The notes under the pieces: model-generated
What the model saw: only the letters and a program-made list of their open reading frames with translations
What the model was told of the DNA's origin: nothing
The model's database searches: none
Made by a program: the position numbers and the translations under genes
DNA from: Escherichia coli
Lineage (GTDB): Bacteria; Pseudomonadota; Gammaproteobacteria; Enterobacterales; Enterobacteriaceae
DNA: 64,000 bases
Direction: 5' to 3' (one strand)
NCBI RefSeq assembly: GCF_003334255.1
Contig: NZ_QOWU01000003.1
Part shown: piece by piece, positions 1 through 10,701 of the stretch
How positions within the stretch are numbered: the first letter of the stretch is position 1
How the letters are laid out: each line of letters begins with the position of its first letter

Positions 1-752
1 TTCTGGGGATTGATTTTTGGCTGGAAGCCTTATTTTTATTCCGCCCGATAATCGTTTGTACCCTAACTGGCGCTATTCTCGGTGATATTCAGACTGGCTT
101 AATTACCGGTGGTCTGACAGAGTTGGCTTTCGCCGGATTAACCCCTGCAGGTGGTGTTCAGCCGCCCAACCCGATTATGGCGGGTCTGATGACCACCGTC
201 ATTGCATGGTCTACGGGCGTTGATGCCAAAACAGCAATTGGTCTTGGCCTGCCGTTTAGTTTGTTAATGCAGTACGTCATTCTGTTCTTCTATTCCGCTT
301 TCTCATTATTTATGACCAAAGCCGATAAATGCGCGAAAGAGGCGGATACGGCAGCGTTTTCCCGGCTTAACTGGACAACGATGCTCATCGTCGCTTCAGC
401 GTATGCGGTGATTGCTTTCCTCTGTACTTACCTGGCACAGGGGGCGATGCAGGCGCTGGTGAAAGCGATGCCCGCCTAGCTGACCCACGGCTTTGAAGTG
501 GCTGGCGGTATTCTGCCTGCCGTTGGTTTTGGCTTGCTGCTGCGCGTAATGTTCAAAGCGCAATATATCCCTTACCTGATCGCCGGTTTCCTGTTTGTTT
601 GCTACATCCAGGTCAGCAACCTGTTGCCGGTTGCCGTACTGGGCGCAGGCTTTGCGGTGTATGAGTTTTTCAATGCGAAATCCCGGCAGCAAGCGCAACC
701 GCAGCCCGTTGCCAGTAAAAATGAAGAAGAGGACTACAGCAATGGGATCTGA
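1..752 (+). pseudogene. agaC: PTS N-acetylgalactosamine/galactosamine IIC component; 5' end outside window; reading frame interrupted by in-frame TAG at 477-479
   Basis: ORFs 123..479 and 498..752 are in the same frame and together read as one mannose-family IIC membrane protein (...QALVKAMPA*LTHGFEVAGGILPAVGFG...); 3' end overlaps agaD start by 11 nt. Confidence 0.8.
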
Positions 753-1533
753 AATCAGTAAAAAAGATATCACCCGTCTGGGCTTTCGTTCGTCGCTGCT
801 GCAAGCGAGCTTTAACTACGAAAGGATGCAGGCGGGCGGTTTTACCTGGGCGATGTTGCCGATCCTGAAAAAGATTTATAAGGACGACAAACCGGGCTTA
901 AGCGCGGCGATGAAAGATAACCTCGAATTTATTAATACCCACCCGAATCTGGTCGGATTCCTGATGGGGTTATTAATTTCGATGGAAGAAAAAGGAGAAA
1001 ACCGCGACACCATTAAAGGCCTCAAAGTGGCACTGTTTGGCCCAATCGCCGGGATTGGCGATGCGATTTTCTGGTTTACTTTGTTGCCGATTATGGCGGG
1101 AATTTGCTCATCATTTGCCAGCCAGGGAAACCTGCTGGGGCCGATTCTATTTTTCGCCGTTTACCTGCTTATCTTTTTCCTGCGCGTCGGCTGGACCCAC
1201 GTCGGTTATTCAGTCGGCGTGAAGGCGATCGATAAAGTGCGAGAGAACTCGCAGATGATTGCCCGTTCGGCAACCATCCTCGGGATCACGGTAATCGGCG
1301 GGCTGATCGCTTCGTATGTGCATATTAACGTGGTGACATCGTTTGCCATCGACAATACCCACAGCGTTGCGCTGCAGCAGGATTTCTTCGATAAAGTCTT
1401 CCCGAACATTTTACCGATGGCCTACACCCTGCTGATGTATTACTTCCTGCGGGTGAAAAAAGCGCATCCGGTGCTGTTAATCGGCGTGACTTTTGTGCTC
1501 TCTATTGTTTGTTCCGCATTCGGCATTTTGTAA
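742..1533 (+). CDS. agaD: PTS N-acetylgalactosamine/galactosamine IID component
   Basis: Internal ATG at 742 gives 263 aa starting MGSEISKKDITRLGF; IID-family membrane protein; longest ORF (595) is an upstream extension. Confidence 0.9.
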   Translation: MGSEISKKDITRLGFRSSLLQASFNYERMQAGGFTWAMLPILKKIYKDDKPGLSAAMKDNLEFINTHPNLVGFLMGLLISMEEKGENRDTIKGLKVALFGPIAGIGDAIFWFTLLPIMAGICSSFASQGNLLGPILFFAVYLLIFFLRVGWTHVGYSVGVKAIDKVRENSQMIARSATILGITVIGGLIASYVHINVVTSFAIDNTHSVALQQDFFDKVFPNILPMAYTLLMYYFLRVKKAHPVLLIGVTFVLSIVCSAFGIL

Positions 1534-2289
1534 ATGGAACGAGGCACTGCGTCTGGTGGTGCCTCTTTACTTAAGGAATTTCATCCTGTGCAAACCCTTC
1601 AGCAAGTTGAAAACTATACGGCGTTAAGTGAACGTGCCAGCGAATATTTATTGGCCGTGATCCGTAGCAAACCGAATGCCGTGATTTGCCTGGCGACCGG
1701 AGCCACGCCATTACTGACGTATCATTATCTGGTAGAAAAAATCCACCAGCAGCAGGTTGATGTCAGCCAGCTCACCTTCGTGAAGCTCGACGAATGGGTG
1801 GATCTGCCATTAACGATGCCAGGCACCTGCGAAACTTTCCTGCAACAGCATATCGTGCAGCCGCTGGGGCTACGTGAAGACCAGCTCATCAGCTTTCGCT
1901 CCGAAGAGATAAATGAGACAGAGTGCGAACGGGTAACGAACCTGATTGCGCGCAAAGGCGGTCTGGATTTATGCGTTCTCGGATTGGGGAAAAACGGTCA
2001 TCTTGGGCTGAACGAACCGGGAGAAAGCCTGCAACCGGCCTGCCATATCAGTCAACTTGATGCCAGAACACAGCAACATGAGATGTTAAAAACCGCGGGT
2101 CGCCCCGTGACTCGTGGGATCACCTTAGGCCTGAAGGATATTCTCAATGCCCGCGAAGTTTTGTTACTGGTGACTGGCGAAGGAAAGCAGGATGCGACAG
2201 ATCGTTTTCTCACGGCTAAAGTCTCTACCGCTATCCCGGCTTCATTTTTATGGCTGCACAGTAACTTTATTTGTTTAATTAACACCTAA
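1534..2289 (+). CDS. agaI: Galactosamine-6-phosphate deaminase/isomerase (NagB-like)
   Basis: 251 aa ORF, ATG immediately after agaD stop; NagB/6-phosphogluconolactonase fold. Confidence 0.9.
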   Translation: MERGTASGGASLLKEFHPVQTLQQVENYTALSERASEYLLAVIRSKPNAVICLATGATPLLTYHYLVEKIHQQQVDVSQLTFVKLDEWVDLPLTMPGTCETFLQQHIVQPLGLREDQLISFRSEEINETECERVTNLIARKGGLDLCVLGLGKNGHLGLNEPGESLQPACHISQLDARTQQHEMLKTAGRPVTRGITLGLKDILNAREVLLLVTGEGKQDATDRFLTAKVSTAIPASFLWLHSNFICLINT

Positions 2290-2689
2290 CCAGATGAAAA
2301 ATTTGCTCAAAATGTTTAAATTAACTTATGTAACAGTCACGCATTATATTAAATAACATTTGACTGGGTTGAACATAACGCCGATAGCAAAAGGAGTTAT
2401 GTTCAACAATTTAATTTTAGATATACATATAACTTGTTCTATTAATAAATCACCTCGTATTCTGACTCGCCCCCTGGCGCAGCAAAGTCAGGCATTTATA
2501 CTCTTTTGAATACATAGAAAATTGATATCAATATAATGAAAATATCAAATATTTGCATATAAATATAATCTTAAAGCTCAGTCTATTTAATGTTCAATGA
2601 AATATTTCTGCCTGTATAATCTTTAAAGATGTTGAACATATATTCACATTAAATATGATTATGTACTTGTTACAAGGATAAGGTTATAT
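2290..2689 (+). promoter_or_regulatory. AT-rich 400-bp intergenic/promoter region upstream of yraH fimbrial operon
   Basis: Very AT-rich with A/T tracts and no ORF; lies directly 5' of the fimbrial major-subunit gene. Confidence 0.5.
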
Positions 2690-3274
2690 ATGAATAAAGT
2701 TACAAAAACAGCTATTGCGGGCTTACTTGCGCTTTTCGCAGGTAATGCCGCTGCAACCGATGGTGAAATAGTTTTTGATGGCGAGATTTTAAAATCCGCT
2801 TGTGAAATCAATGACTCTGATAAGAAAATTGAAGTTGCTCTTGGTCACTATAATGCCGAACAGTTTCGTAATATTGGCGAGCGTAGCCCAAAAATTCCAT
2901 TCACTATTCCTTTAGTTAACTGCCCAATGACTGGGTGGGAGCACGATAACGGCAACGTTGAAGCGTCTTTCCGTCTATGGCTGGAAACGCGAGATAATGG
3001 CACCGTCCCTAACTTCCCTAATCTGGCAAAAGTAGGCTCTTTTGCTGGCATAGCGGCAACAGGTGTGGGTATCCGTATTGACGATGCGGAAAGCGGAAAC
3101 ATTATGCCACTGAATGCTATGGGCAATGATAACACGGTTTATCAGATCCCGGCGGAATCCAATGGTATTGTCAATGTTGACCTCATCGCTTACTACGTAT
3201 CAACCGTAGTTCCATCAGAAATCACCCCAGGGGAAGCAGACGCTATCGTTAACGTAACGCTGGATTACCGTTAA
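2690..3274 (+). CDS. yraH: Fimbrial major subunit-like protein
   Basis: 194 aa; N-terminal signal peptide (MNKVTKTAIAGLLALFAGNAAA); fimbrial subunit-like. Confidence 0.9.
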   Translation: MNKVTKTAIAGLLALFAGNAAATDGEIVFDGEILKSACEINDSDKKIEVALGHYNAEQFRNIGERSPKIPFTIPLVNCPMTGWEHDNGNVEASFRLWLETRDNGTVPNFPNLAKVGSFAGIAATGVGIRIDDAESGNIMPLNAMGNDNTVYQIPAESNGIVNVDLIAYYVSTVVPSEITPGEADAIVNVTLDYR

Positions 3275-3282
3275 TACGTTAG

Positions 3283-3317
3283 GGCGTTATCTGACCTGTC
3301 AGATAACGCCCTTTTCC
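3283..3317 (+). terminator. Intrinsic terminator/attenuator after fimbrial subunit gene
   Basis: Perfect inverted repeat GGCGTTATCTGAC-CT-GTCAGATAACGCC followed by CTTTTCC. Confidence 0.7.
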
Positions 3318-3353
3318 TTCCTCTTTCTCGTTGTATCAGGTTGAAAAATAACT

Positions 3354-4049
3354 ATGTCAAAACGAACATTCGCGGTGATATTAACCTTGTTGTGTAGCTT
3401 CTGTATTGGCCAGGCGCTTGCAGGAGGAATCGTTTTACAGCGAACGCGAGTGATCTATGATGCCAGCCGCAAAGAGGCTGCGTTACCTGTCGCAAACAAA
3501 GGCGCAGAAACGCCTTATTTACTGCAATCATGGGTAGATAATATAGATGGTAAAAGCCGTGCCCCATTTATTATAACCCCACCGCTATTTCGTCTTGAGG
3601 CTGGCGATGACTCATCACTGCGAATTATTAAAACAGCTGATAACCTGCCTGAAAATAAAGAGTCGCTGTTCTACATTAATGTTCGTGCCATTCCAGCAAA
3701 GAAAAAATCAGATGATGTTAATGCTAACGAGTTGACGCTGGTATTTAAAACACGGATCAAAATGTTTTATCGCCCCGCACACCTGAAGGGACGGGTAAAC
3801 GATGCGTGGAAATCACTGGAATTTAAACGTAGTGACCATTCACTCAATATATATAACCCAACTGAATATTACGTCGTATTTGCCGGACTGGCAGTCGATA
3901 AAACCGATCTCACAAGCAAAATTGAATATATCGCGCCCGGAGAACATAAACAGTTACCACTTCCTGCATCTGGCGGAAAGAACGTGAAATGGGCTGCGAT
4001 CAATGATTATGGCGGCAGTTCCGGGACAGAAACTCGTCCACTGCAATAA
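3354..4049 (+). CDS. yraI: Periplasmic fimbrial chaperone (PapD-like)
   Basis: 231 aa with signal peptide; PapD-family chaperone features. Confidence 0.9.
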
Positions 4050-4077
4050 AAAATATAAAAACACAGGTCATCAGGGA

Positions 4078-6594
4078 ATGCCACAACGACACCACCAGGG
4101 ACATAAACGCACACCGAAACAGTTGGCGCTCATCATCAAACGTTGTTTGCCGATGGTGCTCACTGGCAGCGGCATGCTTTGCACTACCGCTAACGCCGAA
4201 GAGTATTATTTCGACCCCATTATGCTGGAAACCACAAAAAGTGGTATGCAAACAACCGATCTGTCGCGTTTTTCAAAAAAATATGCACAACTACCAGGAA
4301 CTTATCAGGTTGATATCTGGCTGAATAAAAAGAAGGTTTCACAGAAAAAAATTACATTTACCGCCAATGCAGAGCAACTTCTGCAGCCACAGTTTACGGT
4401 AGAACAACTACGTGAGCTGGGTATTAAGGTGGATGAAATCCCGGCGCTGGCTGAAAAAGATGACGATAGCGTGATCAACTCGCTTGAACAAATCATTCCC
4501 GGTACAGCTGCTGAATTTGATTTCAATCATCAGCAACTTAATTTGAGCATTCCCCAAATTGCACTGTACCGTGATGCAAGAGGTTACGTCTCCCCTTCTC
4601 GTTGGGACGATGGTATACCAACGCTGTTTACCAACTACTCGTTTACAGGTTCTGATAACCGTTACCGCCAGGGCAATCGTAGCCAACGACAGTACCTGAA
4701 TATGCAAAATGGTGCTAATTTTGGCCCCTGGCGATTACGCAACTATTCCACATGGACACGCAACGATCAGACATCAAGCTGGAATACCATCAGTAGTTAT
4801 TTACAACGTGATATCAAGGCGTTGAAGTCTCAGTTGCTTCTGGGAGAAAGCGCCACCAGCGGCAGTATTTTTTCCAGCTACACCTTTACTGGCGTGCAAC
4901 TCGCTTCCGACGATAATATGTTGCCAAACAGCCAGCGCGGATTTGCCCCAACGGTACGCGGTATCGCAAACAGTAGTGCAATCGTGACTATCAGGCAAAA
5001 TGGTTATGTGATCTATCAAAGCAACGTGTCAGCGGGTGCCTTTGAAATTAACGATCTCTACCCCTCTTCCAACAGCGGCGATTTAGAAGTCACGATTGAA
5101 GAAAGTGACGGTACACAACGTCGCTTTATCCAGCCTTATTCTTCATTACCCATGATGCAGCGACCTGGGCATCTAAAGTATAGCGCGACCGCTGGACGCT
5201 ATCGCGCTGATGCAAACAGTGATAGCAAGGAACCCGAATTTGCTGAAGCCACGGCAATATATGGTTTGAATAATACTTTTACGCTGTATGGCGGCCTGCT
5301 CGGTTCTGAAGATTATTATGCGCTGGGGATCGGTATCGGCGGCACACTTGGCGCACTGGGCGCGTTGTCGATGGATATCAACAGAGCTGACACCCAATTC
5401 GATAACCAGCACTCTTTTCATGGCTATCAATGGCGTACGCAGTACATCAAAGATATCCCGGAAACCAACACCAATATCGCTGTCAGCTACTATCGCTATA
5501 CCAACGATGGCTATTTTAGTTTTAATGAAGCCAATACCCGCAATTGGGACTATAACAGTCGCCAAAAAAGTGAAATTCAATTCAACATCAGCCAGACAAT
5601 ATTTGATGGGGTAAGTCTGTATGCCTCCGGTTCGCAGCAAGACTATTGGGGCAATAACGATAAAAACAGGAATATCTCTGTTGGGGTTTCCGGCCAGCAA
5701 TGGGGAGTTGGTTACAGCCTGAATTATCAATACAGCCGCTACACTGATCAAAATAATGACCGCGCACTCTCTTTGAATCTCAGTATTCCGTTAGAACGCT
5801 GGTTACCGCGTAGCCGGGTTTCCTATCAGATGACCAGCCAGAAAGATCGCCCAACCCAACATGAAATGCGTCTTGATGGCTCACTGCTGGATGATGGTCG
5901 CCTGAGCTATAGCCTGGAACAAAGTCTGGATGACGATAACAACCATAACAGTAGCCTGAACGCCAGTTACCGTTCACCTTATGGCACCTTCAGTGCCGGA
6001 TACAGCTACGGTAATGACAGCAGCCAATACAATTACGGCGTTACCGGCGGCGTGGTTATCCATCCTCATGGCGTGACGCTCTCGCAATATCTGGGCAACG
6101 CTTTTGCGCTTATCGATGCTAACGGAGCATCTGGCGTGAGGATACAAAACTATCCGGGGATTGCTACCGATCCTTTTGGCTATGCAGTGGTTCCTTATCT
6201 CACAACTTATCAGGAAAACCGTCTCTCGGTAGATACTACGCAGCTGCCCGATAACGTCGATCTTGAACAAACAACACAGTTTGTGGTGCCCAACAGAGGT
6301 GCAATGGTAGCGGCGCGTTTCAACGCCAATATCGGTTATCGCGTACTTGTTACAGTCAGCGATCGCAACGGTAAACCGTTGCCCTTTGGCGCTCTTGCCA
6401 GCAACGATGATACGGGGCAACAAAGTATCGTCGATGAGGGCGGCATACTATATCTCTCTGGGATATCGAGTAAATCACAAAGCTGGACTGTACGCTGGGG
6501 AAATCAGGCAGATCAACAATGTCAGTTTGCTTTCAGTACACCGGATTCAGAACCTACAACCTCTGTATTACAAGGCACAGCGCAGTGCCATTAA
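4078..6594 (+). CDS. yraJ: Outer-membrane fimbrial usher
   Basis: 838 aa from ATG 4078 (MPQRHHQGHKRTPKQLALIIKR...); usher-family beta-barrel protein; longest ORF begins 25 codons upstream. Confidence 0.9.
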   Translation: MPQRHHQGHKRTPKQLALIIKRCLPMVLTGSGMLCTTANAEEYYFDPIMLETTKSGMQTTDLSRFSKKYAQLPGTYQVDIWLNKKKVSQKKITFTANAEQLLQPQFTVEQLRELGIKVDEIPALAEKDDDSVINSLEQIIPGTAAEFDFNHQQLNLSIPQIALYRDARGYVSPSRWDDGIPTLFTNYSFTGSDNRYRQGNRSQRQYLNMQNGANFGPWRLRNYSTWTRNDQTSSWNTISSYLQRDIKALKSQLLLGESATSGSIFSSYTFTGVQLASDDNMLPNSQRGFAPTVRGIANSSAIVTIRQNGYVIYQSNVSAGAFEINDLYPSSNSGDLEVTIEESDGTQRRFIQPYSSLPMMQRPGHLKYSATAGRYRADANSDSKEPEFAEATAIYGLNNTFTLYGGLLGSEDYYALGIGIGGTLGALGALSMDINRADTQFDNQHSFHGYQWRTQYIKDIPETNTNIAVSYYRYTNDGYFSFNEANTRNWDYNSRQKSEIQFNISQTIFDGVSLYASGSQQDYWGNNDKNRNISVGVSGQQWGVGYSLNYQYSRYTDQNNDRALSLNLSIPLERWLPRSRVSYQMTSQKDRPTQHEMRLDGSLLDDGRLSYSLEQSLDDDNNHNSSLNASYRSPYGTFSAGYSYGNDSSQYNYGVTGGVVIHPHGVTLSQYLGNAFALIDANGASGVRIQNYPGIATDPFGYAVVPYLTTYQENRLSVDTTQLPDNVDLEQTTQFVVPNRGAMVAARFNANIGYRVLVTVSDRNGKPLPFGALASNDDTGQQSIVDEGGILYLSGISSKSQSWTVRWGNQADQQCQFAFSTPDSEPTTSVLQGTAQCH

Positions 6595-6604
6595 GGATAA
6601 AAAA

Positions 6605-7696
6605 ATGAAAAGAGCGCCTCTTATAACAGGTCTTTTGTTGATATCCACATCCTGCACTTATGCCTCCTCAGGAGGGTGTGGAGCCGACAGCACTAGCGGT
6701 GCGACAAATTACAGCAGTGTGGTTGATGATGTTACGGTGAACCAGACAGATAACGTGACAGGACGGGAGTTTACCTCTGCAACGCTAAGTAGCACTAACT
6801 GGCAATACGCCTGTTCCTGCTCTGCGGGTAAGGCAGTTAAACTTGTCTATATGGTCAGCCCCGTACTTACCACCACTGGACATCAGACAGGATATTACAA
6901 ACTCAATGACAGCCTGGATATTAAAACCACATTACAGGCAAACGACATTCCAGGACTCACAACCGACCAGGTTGTCTCTGTTAACACCCGATTCACACAG
7001 ATAAAAAACAACACGGTATATTCTGCTGCAACCCAAACGGGTGTTTGCCAGGGTGATACGTCTCGTTATGGACCCGTTAATATTGGTGCGAACACCACCT
7101 TTACCCTGTATGTCACCAAGCCATTTCTCGGCTCGATGACCATTCCGAAAACGGATATTGCCGTCATTAAAGGCGCGTGGGTCGATGGAATGGGAAGCCC
7201 GTCTACAGGTGACTTCCATGATTTAGTCAAGTTATCGATTCAGGGAAATCTCACCGCCCCACAGTCGTGCAAAATTAATCAGGGCGATGTTATTAAGGTT
7301 AATTTTGGATTCATCAATGGTCAGAAGTTTACCACCCGCAATGCCATGCCAGACGGTTTTACTCCAGTAGACTTTGATATCACTTATGACTGTGGTGATA
7401 CTTCAAAGATTAAAAACTCGTTGCAAATGCGCATCGACGGTACAACTGGGGTAGTAGACCAGTACAACCTGGTCGCCAGGCGAAGAAGTTCAGACAATGT
7501 GCCCGATGTCGGTATTCGTATTGAAAATCTCGGCGGCGGAGTTGCAAATATTCCTTTTCAGAACGGTATCCTTCCCGTTGATCCTTCCGGGCATGGCACC
7601 GTCAATATGCGCGCCTGGCCAGTTAATCTGGTCGGTGGTGAGCTGGAAACAGGAAAATTTCAGGGCACAGCCACCATTACCGTCATCGTGCGGTAA
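6605..7696 (+). CDS. yraK: Fimbrial adhesin-like (tip) protein
   Basis: 363 aa from ATG 6605 ([22 protein letters not shown]...); signal peptide; last gene of the chaperone-usher operon. Confidence 0.85.
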
Positions 7697-8600
7697 AAGA
7701 AGACGTTGCGTTTTGATTAACGCAACGCTTCGGCACTGTTACCCCTGCTGCTCCAGCGCATAACTTATACAGCGCATTTTTCTTCACGCCGTGAATTTCT
7801 GCGGCCAGCGCCGCCGCTTTTTTCAGCGGCAGTTCTGCCTGTAGCAGCGCCAGCGTGCGCAGGGCATCGGCGGGTAAGTCTTCTTCCTGTGCTTTATGAC
7901 CTTCGACAATCAGCACCATTTCGCCTTTGCGACGGTTTTCATCTTCCTTTACCCACGCCAGCAGCTCGCCAACGGGCGCGCCGTGAATGGTTTCCCAGGT
8001 TTTGGTCAGCTCACGCGCCAGAACCACGTAGCGGGATTCGCCTAATACCGCAACGATATCTTCCAGGCTATCTAACAGACGGTGGGTAGATTCATAAAAA
8101 ATCAGCGTGCGCGGCTCCGCTTCAATGGCTTTTAGCGCATCACGGCGGCCTTTTGATTTGGCAGGTAAAAAGCCTTCGTAACAGAAACGGTCAGAGGGTA
8201 AACCCGCTGCGCTTAACGCAGTGATAGCAGCACACGGCCCGGGTAGCGGCACCACGCGGATCCCCGCTTCACGGCAGGTACGCACCAGATGGTAGCCAGG
8301 ATCGTTAATTAGCGGCGTTCCGGCATCGGAAACCAGCGCAATGTTTTGCCCCTCTTGCAGCTTCGCCAGCAGCGTTTCAGCTTTTTGTTGTTCGTTATGG
8401 TCGTGCAGCGCAAACAACCGGGCATTAATCCCAAAATGTTGCAGCAATAAACCGGTGTGACGAGTATCCTCGGCGGCAATCAGATCAACGGCCTGTAATA
8501 CCTCTAACGCACGCTGGGTGATATCCGCCAGATTGCCGATTGGCGTCGGTACAATGTAAAGCTGGCCCTGAGAATTATCCGCCGATTGGTGTTGTTTCAT
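7683..8600 (-). CDS. rsmI: 16S rRNA 2'-O-ribose C1402 methyltransferase; 3' end reads in a shifted frame in this window (305 codons instead of the expected 286)
   Basis: N-terminus [24 protein letters not shown]; tetrapyrrole-methylase-type SAM MTase; the +1 frame between about 7760 and 7783 leads to ...YALEQQG-TAA at 7739-7741, i.e. a 286-aa product. Confidence 0.85.
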
Positions 8601-8664
8601 TGTGTCGTCCGTATTGCCGATTTAATATTGAGCATTGCGTAAAAAAAATATCACTGGATACATT

Positions 8665-10701
8665 ATGGTACCCTCAACATTTTCTCGTTTGAAAGCCGCG
8701 CGTTGTCTGCCTGTTGTTCTGGCAGCCCTGATTTTCGCCGGTTGTGGCACCCATACTCCCGATCAGTCCACTGCTTATATGCAGGGCACGGCGCAGGCTG
8801 ATTCTGCCTTTTATCTTCAGCAGATGCAGCAAAGCTCTGATGATACCAGGATCAACTGGCAATTACTCGCCATTCGTGCACTGGTGAAAGAAGGTAAAAC
8901 CGGGCAGGCGGTTGAGTTGTTTAACCAACTACCGCAAGAACTGAACGATGCTCAGCGTCGCGAGAAAACACTGCTGGCGGTAGAGATTAAACTGGCGCAG
9001 AAAGATTTTGCTGGCGCGCAAAACTTGCTGGCGAAAATCACACCTGCCGATTTAGAACAAAACCAGCAAGCGCGTTACTGGCAGGCAAAAATCGATGCCA
9101 GCCAGGGGCGTCCTTCCATTGATTTACTGCGCGCGTTAATTGCTCAGGAACCGCTGCTTGGCGCGAAAGAAAAACAGCAGAATATTGATGCCACCTGGCA
9201 GGCGCTCTCCTCCATGACTCAGGAACAGGCGAATACGCTGGTGATCAACGCCGACGAAAATATTCTGCAAGGCTGGCTGGATCTGCAGCGCGTCTGGTTT
9301 GATAACCGTAACGATCCCGACATGATGAAAGCCGGGATCGCCGACTGGCAGAAACGTTATCCGAACAATCCGGGCGCGAAAATGCTGCCAACGCAGTTGG
9401 TTAACGTAAAAGCGTTTAAACCAGCCTCGACCAACAAAATCGCCCTGCTGTTGCCACTGAATGGCCAGGCAGCGGTATTTGGTCGCACTATTCAGCAAGG
9501 CTTTGAAGCGGCGAAAAATATCGGCACTCAGCCAGTGGCAGCTCAGGTAGCTGCCGCACCTGCCGCAGACGTAGCTGAACAACCTCAGCCGCAAACCGTG
9601 GATGGCGTTGCCAGCCCGGCACAAGCCTCGGTTAGCGATCTGACCGGTGAACAGCCTGCAGCCCAGCCGGTGCCTGTAAGCGCCCCGGCGACAAGCACCG
9701 CAGCGGTAAGCGCACCCGCAAATCCATCCGCAGAGCTGAAAATCTACGATACCTCATCACAACCACTTAGCCAGATCTTAAGCCAGGTTCAGCAGGATGG
9801 CGCGAGTATTGTGGTCGGTCCGTTGCTGAAAAATAACGTTGAAGAGTTGCTGAAGAGCAACACTCCGCTGAACGTACTGGCACTGAACCAGCCGGAGAAT
9901 ATCGAAAATCGCGTCAATATTTGTTACTTCGCGCTTTCACCGGAAGACGAAGCGCGCGATGCAGCGCGTCATATTCGTGACCAGGGTAAACAAGCGCCGC
10001 TGGTGCTGATCCCACGCAGTTCATTGGGCGATCGCGTAGCCAATGCGTTTGCGCAAGAGTGGCAGAAACTGGGCGGCGGCACCGTTCTGCAACAAAAATT
10101 TGGTTCCACCAGCGAATTACGCGCGGGTGTTAACGGCGGTTCTGGTATTGCTTTAACGGGTAGCCCGATTACTCTCAGAGCGACAACCGACTCCGGCATG
10201 ACGACCAACAATCCAACGCTGCAAACCACGCCAACCGATGACCAGTTCACCAATAATGGCGGTCGTGTCGATGCGGTGTACATTGTGGCAACGCCGGGTG
10301 AAATCGCTTTTATCAAACCGATGATCGCCATGCGTAACGGTAGCCAGAGCGGTGCAACGCTGTACGCCAGCTCCCGCAGTGCGCAAGGGACCGCTGGCCC
10401 GGATTTCCGACTGGAGATGGAAGGCTTGCAGTACAGCGAAATCCCGATGCTGGCAGGCGGTAATCTACCGTTAATGCAGCAGGCACTCAGCGCGGTGAAT
10501 AACGATTATTCACTGGCTCGCATGTATGCGATGGGCGTCGATGCCTGGTCGCTGGCAAATCATTTCTCACAAATGCGCCAGGTTCAGGGTTTTGAAATCA
10601 ACGGTAATACCGGAAGCCTGACGGCTAACCCGGATTGCGTGATTAACAGGAACTTATCATGGCTACAGTACCAACAAGGTCAGGTAGTCCCCGTCAGTTA
10701 A
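8665..10701 (+). CDS. lpoA: Outer-membrane lipoprotein activator of PBP1A
   Basis: 678 aa from ATG 8665 ([28 protein letters not shown] lipobox); TPR-like N-domain, Ala/Pro-rich linker. Confidence 0.9.
   Translation: MVPSTFSRLKAARCLPVVLAALIFAGCGTHTPDQSTAYMQGTAQADSAFYLQQMQQSSDDTRINWQLLAIRALVKEGKTGQAVELFNQLPQELNDAQRREKTLLAVEIKLAQKDFAGAQNLLAKITPADLEQNQQARYWQAKIDASQGRPSIDLLRALIAQEPLLGAKEKQQNIDATWQALSSMTQEQANTLVINADENILQGWLDLQRVWFDNRNDPDMMKAGIADWQKRYPNNPGAKMLPTQLVNVKAFKPASTNKIALLLPLNGQAAVFGRTIQQGFEAAKNIGTQPVAAQVAAAPAADVAEQPQPQTVDGVASPAQASVSDLTGEQPAAQPVPVSAPATSTAAVSAPANPSAELKIYDTSSQPLSQILSQVQQDGASIVVGPLLKNNVEELLKSNTPLNVLALNQPENIENRVNICYFALSPEDEARDAARHIRDQGKQAPLVLIPRSSLGDRVANAFAQEWQKLGGGTVLQQKFGSTSELRAGVNGGSGIALTGSPITLRATTDSGMTTNNPTLQTTPTDDQFTNNGGRVDAVYIVATPGEIAFIKPMIAMRNGSQSGATLYASSRSAQGTAGPDFRLEMEGLQYSEIPMLAGGNLPLMQQALSAVNNDYSLARMYAMGVDAWSLANHFSQMRQVQGFEINGNTGSLTANPDCVINRNLSWLQYQQGQVVPVS

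Noticed and set aside
4003-4077. N-terminal extensions of longest-ORF calls (yraJ 863 vs 838 aa, yraK 449 vs 363, lpoA 688 vs 678, deaD 651 vs 629, pnp 740 vs 711, mlaB 129 vs 97, and others).
   Set aside because: The longer versions run into upstream genes or intergenic hairpins; canonical internal starts give the expected lengths and N-termini.
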